Of a stretch of DNA of 64,000 nt, positions 32,822 to 43,356 are shown one piece after another (within the stretch, counting starts at the first letter, position 1; each line of letters starts with the position of its first letter). The DNA is from Candidatus Enterousia sp. (GTDB lineage Bacteria; Pseudomonadota; Alphaproteobacteria; Rs-D84). The translations under genes and the position numbers were made by a program. A model generated the notes under the pieces. That model was given only the letters and a program-made list of their open reading frames with translations, did no database searches and was not told the origin of the DNA. Location: assembly GCA_045613785.1 (NCBI GenBank), contig JAZLBQ010000012.1, positions 55,364 through 119,363 of the forward strand, written 5' to 3'.

Positions 32822-33166
32822 ATGGCAAAGACATTTAATGAAATGGTTTATGATACAGTTGCCCGTATCCCATATGGGCGGGTTGCAACATTTGGTCAAA
32901 TCGCACAAATGATTGGACGACCACGCTGTGCACGATTCGTTGGCTATGCGTCTAACAATCGTGATTACTGGCATTTGCCTTGGCATCGTGTTGTTTTTAA
33001 AAACGGGGTCTTGAATCCCAATATGCCCGACGAACAATATCAAAGTTTGATATCCGAAGGTGTCAAATTTACCCCTGAAAAAACAGTCGTTATGTCAGAG
33101 TTTCAGTGGAATCCAGAGCGTGATTCTGCACCTGTTGATTTGCACGATTTTCCGCTGGTATTTTAA
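32822..33166 (+). CDS. alkyltransferase-like (ATL) protein, MGMT family
   Basis: IPYGRVATFGQIA, ARFVG, PWHRV (Trp in place of the catalytic Cys). Confidence 0.88.
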   Translation: MAKTFNEMVYDTVARIPYGRVATFGQIAQMIGRPRCARFVGYASNNRDYWHLPWHRVVFKNGVLNPNMPDEQYQSLISEGVKFTPEKTVVMSEFQWNPERDSAPVDLHDFPLVF

Positions 33167-33198
33167 TCCAGAAATAAACAGGGCGGTCTGCCCCAGGG

Positions 33199-33942
33199 TT
33201 ATTTTTTACCAGGTTTTTGTTTTGTGATTTTGCTATAAATATCATCTTTACTCAACTTTTTGTATGTTATAAACCACGGAGAGTTGCCACTGTGCTTACG
33301 CATTACATCTGCTGTCTTTGGGGCAGGGGTCAATACATCATCGCCAGGCACCCAATTTACTGGTGTTGCCACACCAAATGCATCTGCGGTCTGTAATCCG
33401 ACCAAGATTCTTTCAATTTCGTCCAGGTTTCTTCCCAATGTTGCTGGATAGTATAAAATTGTGCGAATAACACTGTTTGGGTCGATAATAAAGACCGCCC
33501 GAACAGCGTTAGTATTTGAAGAATGTGGTTGAATCATTCCGTAGTGTTTGGCAACTTGCATATTCAGGTCGTCAATAACAGGGAATTGAATAGTTGCACC
33601 ACCTGGCATTTTTTCAATAGCATCAAACCAGCCCAGGTGTGAACTTAGTGCCCCAACAGACAGCCCCAGTAATTTTGCGTTCAGTTTAGCAAAAGTGTCC
33701 ATTTTACGCTGAAATGCGATAAATTCTGTTGTGCAAACAGGTGTAAAATCTGACGGATGCGAAAAGAAAATTGTCCAACTGCCGATATAGTCTTTTGGGA
33801 ATTCGATTGTCCCATTTGTTGTGTTTGCAATAAAACTTGGTGCGATATCGCCAATAAGTGGTATGTTTTTAAAGTCAGATTTTTGATTTTCTTCGGTTTT
33901 ATCCAGTTTGTCACAATCGTATAATCCCATCACATCGTTCAT
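33199..33942 (-). CDS. peroxiredoxin (Prx6 type)
   Basis: HPSDFTPVCTTEF, TPVNW. Confidence 0.92.
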   Translation of the reverse strand: MNDVMGLYDCDKLDKTEENQKSDFKNIPLIGDIAPSFIANTTNGTIEFPKDYIGSWTIFFSHPSDFTPVCTTEFIAFQRKMDTFAKLNAKLLGLSVGALSSHLGWFDAIEKMPGGATIQFPVIDDLNMQVAKHYGMIQPHSSNTNAVRAVFIIDPNSVIRTILYYPATLGRNLDEIERILVGLQTADAFGVATPVNWVPGDDVLTPAPKTADVMRKHSGNSPWFITYKKLSKDDIYSKITKQKPGKK

Positions 33943-34083
33943 AAAATCCCCCTTTGTTGTTAAAAATTCTAACAAAAAGGCGTTTTTTATTGCACAGGAA
34001 GGTATTCTTTGTATAAAAAAACTTTATTCTTGATAAAATGTGCTAAGATATAAATAATATAGGGCAATAAAAAGGATGTAAAA

Positions 34084-34365
34084 ATGAAACGCTCGGACAT
34101 AGTTCGTTCTATTCAGGTAAAATTCAAGCACATGCGTTCAACAGACGCTGCTGCTATTTTAGATACAGTTTCGGATCATATGATTGAATCTGTGGCAAAT
34201 GGTGACAGAATTGAAATTCGTGGCTTTGGAACTTTTCAGCCACGTGCACGTGCGACCAAGGTTGGATATAATCCTTGCACTGGTCAGCCAATGCCATTGC
34301 CAGCCAGTACAACAATTTTGTTTAAGCCTAGCCGTGAATTAACTAAAAAGATGAATGGGCAATAA
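34084..34365 (+). CDS. IHF-beta/HU-family DNA-binding protein
   Basis: RIEIRGFGTF, GYNPCTG, FKPSREL. Confidence 0.88.
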   Translation: MKRSDIVRSIQVKFKHMRSTDAAAILDTVSDHMIESVANGDRIEIRGFGTFQPRARATKVGYNPCTGQPMPLPASTTILFKPSRELTKKMNGQ

Positions 34366-34367
34366 TT

Positions 34368-36113
34368 ATGTTATTTGGAAAAAAGTCTGGTATCAAAAAT
34401 CGTAATCGTGAACGTTATGAACGTGTCCGTCGTTTGATGTGGATAAAATGTGAATCGTGCGGAAAGCTGGTTTATTATAAAGATTACAAGGATAATAAAT
34501 ATATCTGCCCACGCTGTGGTCGTGCGTTTATTATGACCCCGAAACAGCGTTTTGATTTACTGTTCGATGACAATTCTTGGGTTCGTTTGCCATCGCCAAA
34601 TGTTTCTGATGACCCGTTAAATTTTATTGACCGTGTCGCATACCAAGATCGCCTAGCAGAAGCACGCTCAGAAACAGGTTGTTATGATGCAGTTTCGACC
34701 GCAGACGGCACTATTGGTGGTGTTCCATCAACAATCTGTGTTTTGAACGGATTGTTTATGATGGGGTCTATGGGGCGTGCAGCTGGAGATGCGATTGTTG
34801 CGGCAATGGAACATGCGGTTGCGGAAAAGCGTTCCTTTATAATGGTTACGTCCAGTGGCGGTGCCCGTATGCAGGAAAATATTTTATCTCTGATGCAAAT
34901 GGCACGCACAACAGTTGCTGTAAATAAATTGCACGCAAACGGTATTCCATACATTGTTCTGTTGACTGATCCTACCTTTGGTGGGGTGACGGCATCATTT
35001 GCAATGCTGGGGGATATTCATATTGCAGAAAAGGGGGCACGTATTGGCTTTGCGGGTCGTCGTGTAATTGAACAGAATATTCGTGAAAAATTGCCAGCAA
35101 ACTTCCAGACAGCTGATTATTTGTATGAACATGGTATGGTTGATATGGTTGTTGCACGTGGTGAATTGCACGATGCGATTGCACGGATTTTGGCGGTGCT
35201 GACCAAACAAGAACGTTCGCCAAAACAAATTATTGCTACGACGCCACAGCATGACATTTCAAAAAAGATTCGTGGCATGGGCGAGTCAGAGGCCTATGAC
35301 AAAGTTTTACTGGCACGTAATGAAAACCGTCCGCATTTCTTGGATTATATAAATGGGATTGTTGACGATTGGACATACTTGGCTGGAGACAGACTGTATT
35401 CCGAAGACCCTGCAATGGCAACAGGAATTGGATTCTGGCGTGGTTTTCCGGCAGTGATAATTGGCCAGGAACAAGGTCGCAGTATTGAAACACGACAAAA
35501 ACATCGTTTTGGTATGGCCAATCCCGATGGTTATCGCAAGGCGATACGTATGATGCGTCTGGCTGAAAAGTTTAAATTGCCACTGATTTCATTGTTTGAT
35601 ACGGCTGGTGCGTTTGCTGGCCGTGAAGGCGAAGAACGTGGTCAGTCCCAGGCGGTTGCGTCATCGATTGCGGCAGGTTTGTCTATTGCAACGCCATATA
35701 TTGCTGTAAACGTAGGTCAGGGCGGTTCTGGTGGTGCGATTGCGATTGGAACAGGCGACCGTGTGCTGATGCTGGAAAACGCAATTTATTCTGTGATTGC
35801 ACCAGAATCATGTGCCAGCATTTTGTGGCGTGACAATAATTACAAGGCAACCGCTGCCACGGCAATGAAGTTGACTGCACGTGATATGGCGGATATGAAC
35901 GTAATTGACGAGATTATTCACGAACCAGCCGGTGGTGCACACACAGATTGGCAAACAACAATGGAATTGTTGGCAAATTCTGTTGCGAAACATATTGCGG
36001 ATTTGCAACAGGTGCCTGCATCTGAGTTGCCCGCACGTCGTGCTGAAAAGTTCTTAGCAATGACACGTGATGTTGAGATATATCAACCTGAACACGTTGC
36101 AGACGAACACTAA
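34368..36113 (+). CDS. fused acetyl-CoA carboxylase carboxyltransferase beta+alpha (AccD-AccA)
   Basis: AccD Zn finger, SGGARMQE, GFAGRRVI; then AccA FGMANPDGYRKA, YSVIAPE in one frame. Confidence 0.93.
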   Translation: MLFGKKSGIKNRNRERYERVRRLMWIKCESCGKLVYYKDYKDNKYICPRCGRAFIMTPKQRFDLLFDDNSWVRLPSPNVSDDPLNFIDRVAYQDRLAEARSETGCYDAVSTADGTIGGVPSTICVLNGLFMMGSMGRAAGDAIVAAMEHAVAEKRSFIMVTSSGGARMQENILSLMQMARTTVAVNKLHANGIPYIVLLTDPTFGGVTASFAMLGDIHIAEKGARIGFAGRRVIEQNIREKLPANFQTADYLYEHGMVDMVVARGELHDAIARILAVLTKQERSPKQIIATTPQHDISKKIRGMGESEAYDKVLLARNENRPHFLDYINGIVDDWTYLAGDRLYSEDPAMATGIGFWRGFPAVIIGQEQGRSIETRQKHRFGMANPDGYRKAIRMMRLAEKFKLPLISLFDTAGAFAGREGEERGQSQAVASSIAAGLSIATPYIAVNVGQGGSGGAIAIGTGDRVLMLENAIYSVIAPESCASILWRDNNYKATAATAMKLTARDMADMNVIDEIIHEPAGGAHTDWQTTMELLANSVAKHIADLQQVPASELPARRAEKFLAMTRDVEIYQPEHVADEH

Positions 36114-36137
36114 ATAAATCCCGCCAATTGGTGGGAT

Positions 36138-36665
36138 TTATTTTTGAGCCTGTTTTTTTATCTGCAAAATAAAATCTCTCATGTCATAGTTTGGGTATCT
36201 ATCAATTATTCTTTGTGGATTATTTTCAATTTCCTTACAGGCATCTTGTGCAACGCATTGTATATTTGTTTGTTTTACGATTTCAAAACTATTTGTTCCG
36301 CACTGAAACAGCATTGTTTCATCGGGGGCTCTGTTTTTAAAAACCCTAGATAGTGGTTTGATTTCAAAAAAGTTGATTGTAGGCTCTTGATCGTCAAGGA
36401 AAGAAAATACTTCCCAATACCACATCAAGGTATCAACTGCATTATCGCAAAAATGAAAGACTGGTTCGTTGGCGATAACACCAAACCGGTTCAAGGTTGG
36501 TCTGTCTGGGTCACTTTTTGCGACAAATTGTCTGCCAGGGAAGTATTCAGACATACTTTTTATTTTAAATCCATTTGTTGTGCCGTCGATAATTCCTTGT
36601 TTGGACAGCCACATCATTTTATATGACTTAGAAAAATATATTTCGTTTGGTTTAGATTTAATCAT
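36138..36665 (-). CDS. hypothetical protein (possible 5' frameshift from ATG 36730)
   Basis: 175-aa ORF; upstream frame MDIRLIFSN joins with a 1-nt shift at ~36700. Confidence 0.55.
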   Translation of the reverse strand: MIKSKPNEIYFSKSYKMMWLSKQGIIDGTTNGFKIKSMSEYFPGRQFVAKSDPDRPTLNRFGVIANEPVFHFCDNAVDTLMWYWEVFSFLDDQEPTINFFEIKPLSRVFKNRAPDETMLFQCGTNSFEIVKQTNIQCVAQDACKEIENNPQRIIDRYPNYDMRDFILQIKKQAQK

Positions 36666-36789
36666 GTTTTTATCTTTACTAACATATCGTGCATTTATCG
36701 GATATTACTAAATATTAAACGTATGTCCATAAAAAACAGATTTTACCACTTGCATTTAATTTATGTTTTCTATATAATACACCCTGCAC

Positions 36790-36877
36790 GGAGCGTTGGC
36801 AGAGTGGTAATGCAGCAGATTGCTAATCTGTGACCGAAATTTTTGGTCCATAGGTTCGAGTCCTATACGCTCCGCCA
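36790..36877 (+). tRNA. tRNA-Ser(GCT)
   Basis: GGAGCGTTGGCAGAGTGG..TT-GCT-AA..GGTTCGAGTCC..CGCTCCGCCA; TTGCAT/TATAAT promoter and terminator at 36884-36911. Confidence 0.95.
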
Positions 36878-36916
36878 CTTATTTACCCGCCAATTGGCGG
36901 GTTGTTTTTTTGATTC

Positions 36917-37029
36917 TTGACTTAGTGTTGATATCGTGGCACAATACAAGCATGACAATTCGTTTTATAAATTTTTACTGTTGTCGCTAATATTGCATCT
37001 TTACTGCAAACTGAAATAGTTTGCATTTC
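36917..37029 (+). promoter_or_regulatory. cysS leader: promoter, Cys-Cys leader peptide MTIRFINFYCCR (36952-36990) and hairpin
   Basis: TTGACT-17-CACAAT, ATG 6 nt later, TGT TGT codons, TGCAAACT-GAAAT-AGTTTGCA-TTTC. Confidence 0.6.
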
Positions 37030-37087
37030 AAATATTTAACTAATAAAATTTCAACCACAAATACAAACCGTAAAAAGGATAGGAGCA

Positions 37088-38512
37088 ATGACGATAAGAC
37101 TATTTAATACATTGACACGTAAACTAGAAGATTTTTACCCACTGCAACCAGGCAAAGTTGGTTTCTATTCTTGCGGTCCAACAGTTTATCATTATACCCA
37201 TTTAGGGAACTTGCGGACATTTTTGCATAATGATTTTCTGAAACGTATGTTTTTGGCGAATGGTTATGATGTTCGTCATGTTATGAATATTACAGACGTA
37301 GGGCATTTAACCAATGATGAAGATGACAGTGGCGAAGATAAAATGGAAAAAGGTGCTGCTCGTGAAAACAAGTCTGTTTGGGATATTGCGAAATTCTACA
37401 AAGACGAATTCTTGCGTGATTATAACGATTTGAATATGATTGCACCAACGGTTATGCCGCATGCAACAGATTATATCGCAGAACAGATTGAACTGGTTCA
37501 AAAATTGCAAGACCTGGGTTATACCTATGAAATTGCTGACGATGGTATTTATTATGACACATCTAAATTTGCGGCCTATGGTGCATTGACCGGCGGTTCG
37601 TTGTCAGGTAATCGTGCGGGTGCTCGTGTTGATTATAATGATGCGAAACGCAATCCGACAGATTTTGCGTTGTGGAAATTTTCTCCTAAGGACGCTAAAC
37701 GTCAAATGGAATGGGACAGTCCATGGGGTGTTGGTTTCCCAGGGTGGCATGCAGAATGCAGTGCGATGAGTATGAAATTATTAGGGAATCATTTTGATAT
37801 TCACACAGGTGGCGAAGACTTGTCTCGTGTTCATCATGCGAACGAGATTGCCCAAAGCGAGCCGATAACGGGTGTGCCATGGGTAAACACATGGTTGCAT
37901 TACAGTTTCTTGTTGGATAAATCTGGTGAAAAGATGGCCAAATCCAAGGGAGAGTTTCTGGGGATGGACGCTGTTCGCAAGCGTGGATATGATCCAATGG
38001 TTTATCGTTATTTTGTTGCGATGGGGCATTATCAGTCTCAGTTGGCTTTTTCATGGGAAACAATGGACGCTACAGCAAAGAGTTATGCAAATCTGGTTCG
38101 TCGTGTTTCCGAATTGCTAGATTCTGAAGGGCAGGCAGCAGACCAGGATATGTATACAAAGTGGCATAATGATATGCTGGTGGCAATGTCTGACAATCTG
38201 AAAACAGCGTCCGTTTTAGTTCTGTTGCAAGATTTCATAAAATCAAACGAAATTGATAATGCGACAAAATTAGCATTAGTGAACTTTGTTGATAATTTAT
38301 TGGGTTTGCAATTCATTGATCGTGCCAAGAAGTTGGCTGCACTGGAAAATGAATCAGTGCCTGCGGAAATTATTGCCATGGCTGACCAGCGTTCTGAGGC
38401 CAAGGCGAACAAAGACTGGGCAACTGCTGACCGTCTGCGTGCTGAAATTAATGCGGCAGGCTGGACGGTTTTGGACGGCAAAGACGGTTATAAAATCGTA
38501 AAAAAAGCCTAG
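37088..38512 (+). CDS. cysS: cysteinyl-tRNA synthetase
   Basis: CGPTVY, HLGN, DFALWK, GWHAECS, KMAKS. Confidence 0.97.
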   Translation: MTIRLFNTLTRKLEDFYPLQPGKVGFYSCGPTVYHYTHLGNLRTFLHNDFLKRMFLANGYDVRHVMNITDVGHLTNDEDDSGEDKMEKGAARENKSVWDIAKFYKDEFLRDYNDLNMIAPTVMPHATDYIAEQIELVQKLQDLGYTYEIADDGIYYDTSKFAAYGALTGGSLSGNRAGARVDYNDAKRNPTDFALWKFSPKDAKRQMEWDSPWGVGFPGWHAECSAMSMKLLGNHFDIHTGGEDLSRVHHANEIAQSEPITGVPWVNTWLHYSFLLDKSGEKMAKSKGEFLGMDAVRKRGYDPMVYRYFVAMGHYQSQLAFSWETMDATAKSYANLVRRVSELLDSEGQAADQDMYTKWHNDMLVAMSDNLKTASVLVLLQDFIKSNEIDNATKLALVNFVDNLLGLQFIDRAKKLAALENESVPAEIIAMADQRSEAKANKDWATADRLRAEINAAGWTVLDGKDGYKIVKKA

Positions 38513-38622
38513 GCTAACCAATAAATTCAAAAAAAATGCCCCTTTCTGGGGTATTTTTTTGTTGACCAGTATTGACATTTTATATTTTTGTATTATATAA
38601 ACAAAGTTAAAATGGAGTTTTT

Positions 38623-39924
38623 ATGAGTTTTAAGTCAACAAGCGATAGTTATTCAATTCTAGAAGATATATACTATAAATATCTTCCTGTCAGCGATACG
38701 CTTCGTTTTATTGCAATTTCTGATATGTTTGCTGACGATTTGCAGTCTGGACTGTCGTCTGTAGTTGCCGAATTCGACAAGGTTTACAATAAAAAACTAA
38801 CTACCAAGCACGATGTTTTGGAATACGTGTTGGCCTTTGCTGCACATAACAAATTGCCACTTCGTTTGCATGGACAAAATCAGACTTGCACTGCTATAAA
38901 AAAATTGGTGCTAATCAAGCGTTCGCTGACTGAATTGATTGAAATGGGGTATCTTGATACACCACCTGTAACAATTTCAGAAATCAAAGAATATCAAAAG
39001 ATACATCCAGAGTCTGTTCTAAATGTTTGCTATGGTAGTAGTGCAGGTTGTGGGTATAGATTTTTTTTACAGTCTGATTCATTTTTTGATTTTAGACAAT
39101 GGCGAACAATTCAGCAAAAGAAGAAGTTGGTTGTCCGACCTGATATGGAAAGTAACAAAATAAAAAATTATGTAATTGATAATAAGGTAGAAGAATACCT
39201 GCGGTGCAAAATATTTTTTTCAGATTTCAAAGCATACAAAGCGTTGTTTCCCGACCGTGTTTTGTTTGTTGCACAATCTGGATATCACAAAAATCGTGGT
39301 GTTCGTGCTTATTTAAAACGTAGTGCAATTGAGGATTTTGCGGCTTGGCACAAAGTTCGCAACCAGCAGCGAAAAGATAATGCGAACAAAGGCATTGAAA
39401 AACTAAAAATCGCCTCTAAATTGTTAAAGTTTGAAAATCTTGACAAGACTTACAGGATTCTTTCAGAAACCAAGCGTAAAACAAATCAAGAACTAGAAGA
39501 AATTTATTTGCTGGAACAGCAGGCAGAAATCAACAGACGTATGGCACATAATCAAGAAATAAAGCGTCTTCTTGCCACTGGCGAGATTTTATCCGTCGAC
39601 GATTTAGTAAAACGTTTTTCTCAGATTTCAAATGTTGCCGAATTGTTTGCTGAATATGCCGAAGAAACAGAATTTGTAATTGATAAATCGTATTTGTTAT
39701 CGAACAAAGTTTCTGATTTTGCATTTTATATTGGGTTAGACAGTTCTTGTAAAACGCCAGAAAATAAAGATATTAGTTCGTTTAATAGCAGAGATGTGTT
39801 TTCACTTTCTGACAGTCAAATGGACAGAATTGCAACACGATTGGCAAGTGGTGCATCTTATCGTTCCGAGCGAAATGCCATAGTTGTTCTGCTAGAGCAA
39901 ATAAGGCAGGAAATTAAACGTTAA
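38623..39924 (+). CDS. hypothetical protein
   Basis: 433-aa ORF with TTGACA promoter and GGAG RBS; no recognised motif. Confidence 0.7.
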   Translation: MSFKSTSDSYSILEDIYYKYLPVSDTLRFIAISDMFADDLQSGLSSVVAEFDKVYNKKLTTKHDVLEYVLAFAAHNKLPLRLHGQNQTCTAIKKLVLIKRSLTELIEMGYLDTPPVTISEIKEYQKIHPESVLNVCYGSSAGCGYRFFLQSDSFFDFRQWRTIQQKKKLVVRPDMESNKIKNYVIDNKVEEYLRCKIFFSDFKAYKALFPDRVLFVAQSGYHKNRGVRAYLKRSAIEDFAAWHKVRNQQRKDNANKGIEKLKIASKLLKFENLDKTYRILSETKRKTNQELEEIYLLEQQAEINRRMAHNQEIKRLLATGEILSVDDLVKRFSQISNVAELFAEYAEETEFVIDKSYLLSNKVSDFAFYIGLDSSCKTPENKDISSFNSRDVFSLSDSQMDRIATRLASGASYRSERNAIVVLLEQIRQEIKR

Positions 39925-40000
39925 AAAAACGATAAAAAATGGTTGAAACTAGGCTAATTTTGGTGTATATTAGCCCCCGTTAACAATAGAGGAAATTTCC

Positions 40001-40561
40001 ATGAACTATCCATATATGCCTAAATCTACAGCCTTGTGGTTAATTGAAAACACAGCGTTGACATTTGAACAAATTGCAGAATTCTGCGGTTTACATGAAC
40101 TAGAAGTAAAAAATATTGCTGATGCAGAAACATATAAAATTCAGCCATTAAACCCTGTTTTAAGTGGTCAGGTTACTCGTGAAGATATTGAACGTTGCGA
40201 AGCCGATGCAGATGCTCGTTTGACATTACGCAAAGAAATCGTTGATGCACAGCAAAAGCAAAACAAACGAGGTGTTGGATACACACCAAAAATTCACCGT
40301 CAAAATCGTTTGGGCGGAATTGCATGGATTTTGAAAAACTATCCAGAATTATCAGATGGTCAAATTGCACGTTTGATGCGTAGCACAAATCCAACTGTTG
40401 ACTCAATTCGCAACAAAACGCATAAATCCTACAAAGAAATTCAAATTCAAAGTCCAATTGTTCTGGGCTTGGTTTCTGAATCAGCGATACACGATGCTGT
40501 TGCCAAGGCTCAAAAACAAGCGAACGCACCCAAAAAGAAAAATAAATCCAAGAAGAAATAA
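40001..40561 (+). CDS. trcR: DUF1013/TrcR RNA-polymerase-associated regulator
   Basis: PYMPKSTALWLIENTALTFEQIAEFCGLHELEV signature. Confidence 0.85.
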   Translation: MNYPYMPKSTALWLIENTALTFEQIAEFCGLHELEVKNIADAETYKIQPLNPVLSGQVTREDIERCEADADARLTLRKEIVDAQQKQNKRGVGYTPKIHRQNRLGGIAWILKNYPELSDGQIARLMRSTNPTVDSIRNKTHKSYKEIQIQSPIVLGLVSESAIHDAVAKAQKQANAPKKKNKSKKK

Positions 40562-40616
40562 ATTTCTTTTTCAAGAACTAGATACGAACAAGATAAAAAC
40601 TGTGACGGGGTGATTG

Positions 40617-42698
40617 ATGGTAAAAAAACTGGACGAGGCTACAAAACTTTTAATTGAATCTCTGCCTGAAAACTTGCAGAAACTGGCGACATCTGCGATG
40701 GAAGTTGGTTATATGTCACATATGGATTTTACAGCGGCAACCGAAGCGGACGAAGTTCCAGAATCAGAACATGATGAAGTTCTGGATTTCTTTCAGCAGG
40801 ATTTGGGGTTGGAAGTCTTGGAATCTGATAATTATCCTCAGGATTTGGGTCGTTATTATGACAATGATGATGACGAGCCACTCGACAAAACACGCAACTT
40901 GTTAAATGCGGATGCCGAACAGGTAGATGTAAACGATGATGATTATGAACATTATGCAAAACAATTGGAACGCAGCCAAACAGGTTCTTTGGTTTTGGGT
41001 GTTCAAGATTCTGTTCAATCATATCTGAAACAGATTGGCACAGTTCAATTGTTGACTGCTGCTGGCGAAGTTGCAATTGCACAACGTATCGAGGCTGCAT
41101 CACGTTTAATGGTCTATGGTTTGTGCGAAAGTCCTATGACAATCCAGGCTATGTTGGATTGGTATCAGCAATTATTAAACGAAGATATTCGTTTGCGTTA
41201 CATTGTCAACCTAGAAGTTATGTATTCCAGTGAATCCGAACAAAAATCATTGGCCGCATTATCCGAAGCCCTAAAATCAAAGGGGGTTGAACATGTTGAT
41301 GAATTGGATGATGATGAACTTGATGATTTAGCGGATGCGTCTGTTGAATCTGGTGATGACGAAGACGAAGAAGACGAAGACGATGACGAAAACAAAAAAG
41401 AAGATACTCCACGTGGCACGTCTGGCGTTCCAATTCCTGTGATGGAAGAGTCTTTAATGCCAATGGTTTTGGACTTGTTTGCCAAAATCAAACGCATTTA
41501 TAACAGTATGCAAAAGTTGCAAGCAAAACGTCTGGATAATTTGCTTACATCAAATACACCTGACGCTGCCTTGGAAAAGAAATATACCAAATTGCGTTTA
41601 GAATTATTTGAACATGTCAGCAAAATTCGCCTGAATGATGATCGTATTGCTGAAATCTTGGAACAATTGACCAAGCGTGATCAGTTGTTGATGGGGCTTG
41701 AAGGTAAATTGTTGCGTCTGGCAATGGCGAACAAGGTTAAACGTGAAGATTTCTTGGCAGAATATACAGGCAATGAAATAAATCGCAACTGGGTTAAAGC
41801 AATAGCAAAGCATAAAAACCCTGTTTGGGCAAGTTTTGCAGCCAAACACGAAGCTGATATTCTGAAAATTCAAGAAGACATCACCGCAATTGCCAACGAA
41901 ACAGGGCAACCGACATCTGAATACAAAAAGGTTGTGGAACTGGTCCGTCGTGGTCAGACCGAGGCCGCCCGTGCAAAGCGTGAAATGATAGAAGCGAACT
42001 TGCGTTTAGTTATTAAATTTGCAAAAAAGTCCAGCAATCGTGGTCTGGGGTTGGATTTTTCTGACTTGGTTCAGGATGGAAACATCGGTTTGATGAAAGC
42101 GGTGGATAAATTTGATTATCGTTTGGGTAACAAATTCTCTACCTATGCAACAAACTGGATTCAGCAGGGTATTTCACGCAGTATTGCGGATCAGGCACGA
42201 ACAATCCGTATCCCTGTGCATATGATTGATAATATCCACAAGATACAGCGTGCATCACGTCAGTTTATGCACAAATATGGCCGTCAACCAACCGCCGAAG
42301 AGTTGTCCAAGATAATTTATCTGCCGGTTGATAAGATTCACAAAGCAATGAAAGTGAATTTGAAACCAATTTCACTAGAAGCACCTGTTGGGACAGAAGA
42401 CGACAGTTCTCGTATTGAAATTATTGCTGATGAAACTGCGAAAAATCCATTTACGTCTGCGGCACAAAAGAATTTACGTAAAATTGTGACTCAGATTCTT
42501 TCTGAATTGGATCCAAAAGAAGAAACAGTTTTGCGTCAGCGTTTTGGTATGTCAACTAACAAGACCAGCACTTTGGAAGAAGTCGGCGAATATATCGGTG
42601 TAACCCGTGAACGTATTCGTCAGATTGAACAAAAAGCACTGAACAAGTTAAAGCATCCAACACGTGCACGTAAATTACGCAGCTTCCTAGAAGACTAA
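40617..42698 (+). CDS. rpoD: primary sigma factor sigma70
   Basis: [43 protein letters not shown]. Confidence 0.97.
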   Translation: MVKKLDEATKLLIESLPENLQKLATSAMEVGYMSHMDFTAATEADEVPESEHDEVLDFFQQDLGLEVLESDNYPQDLGRYYDNDDDEPLDKTRNLLNADAEQVDVNDDDYEHYAKQLERSQTGSLVLGVQDSVQSYLKQIGTVQLLTAAGEVAIAQRIEAASRLMVYGLCESPMTIQAMLDWYQQLLNEDIRLRYIVNLEVMYSSESEQKSLAALSEALKSKGVEHVDELDDDELDDLADASVESGDDEDEEDEDDDENKKEDTPRGTSGVPIPVMEESLMPMVLDLFAKIKRIYNSMQKLQAKRLDNLLTSNTPDAALEKKYTKLRLELFEHVSKIRLNDDRIAEILEQLTKRDQLLMGLEGKLLRLAMANKVKREDFLAEYTGNEINRNWVKAIAKHKNPVWASFAAKHEADILKIQEDITAIANETGQPTSEYKKVVELVRRGQTEAARAKREMIEANLRLVIKFAKKSSNRGLGLDFSDLVQDGNIGLMKAVDKFDYRLGNKFSTYATNWIQQGISRSIADQARTIRIPVHMIDNIHKIQRASRQFMHKYGRQPTAEELSKIIYLPVDKIHKAMKVNLKPISLEAPVGTEDDSSRIEIIADETAKNPFTSAAQKNLRKIVTQILSELDPKEETVLRQRFGMSTNKTSTLEEVGEYIGVTRERIRQIEQKALNKLKHPTRARKLRSFLED

Positions 42699-42756
42699 CG
42701 TATCAACGCCCCGCATATATTGGTGGGGCTTTTTTAATAAAGTAAGGTTTTTGAAC

Positions 42757-43350
42757 ATGAAAAAAACATTGTTATTTTGTAATGGCGTTTCAGGCAGTGG
42801 AAAGTCATATTATATAAAGAATACGTTGCCAGAAGGTTTATTTTACAGCCTGCGTTCTGCGACAACACGTCCAATGCGTGCCGGCGAATCCGAAGGCAAC
42901 CCATATTTCTTTCGTGATGAAGCATACTTTAAAACTGCGAAACTGGCTACGTTTTTATGGGTAAATCATCAACTGTGGCAACCAGGAGCCCCAAAATGGC
43001 TATACGGTATCCCAGAAAGTGAAATTCGTGCTAATCTGGGCAAGAATTTAATATATGATGTCATAGAACCGCAATATACACGTCAGTTGATTGATTGGTT
43101 TAACAAAAATAATTTATCCAGATATTATAACTTCAAGATAGCATATTTTTTGCCGCCAGAAAACAACCTTGAAACAGCACAAAATCGTGCCAATATGCCT
43201 AATGATATTATTGTGCGACAAACAAATACCTGTATGCCGATTGATTTCTTGCGAGCAGGGCTAGATATCGATTATATCTTGTCACCACGTAATGGAATTT
43301 ATAATCCACGCCTTGATGCCCATATAAAACGTCTGGCACGTTCCAGATAG
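42757..43350 (+). CDS. guanylate kinase-like P-loop protein (divergent)
   Basis: GVSGSGKS, TTRPMRAGESEGNPYFF. Confidence 0.65.
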   Translation: MKKTLLFCNGVSGSGKSYYIKNTLPEGLFYSLRSATTRPMRAGESEGNPYFFRDEAYFKTAKLATFLWVNHQLWQPGAPKWLYGIPESEIRANLGKNLIYDVIEPQYTRQLIDWFNKNNLSRYYNFKIAYFLPPENNLETAQNRANMPNDIIVRQTNTCMPIDFLRAGLDIDYILSPRNGIYNPRLDAHIKRLARSR

Positions 43351-43356
43351 TAAATT

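Noticed and set aside
32822-33166. Missing catalytic Cys in the MGMT-like protein as a novelty
   Set aside because: PWHRV is the known signature of alkyltransferase-like proteins.
41290-41400. GAT/GAC/GAA repeats as a tandem repeat element
   Set aside because: Acidic low-complexity region of the RpoD non-conserved domain.
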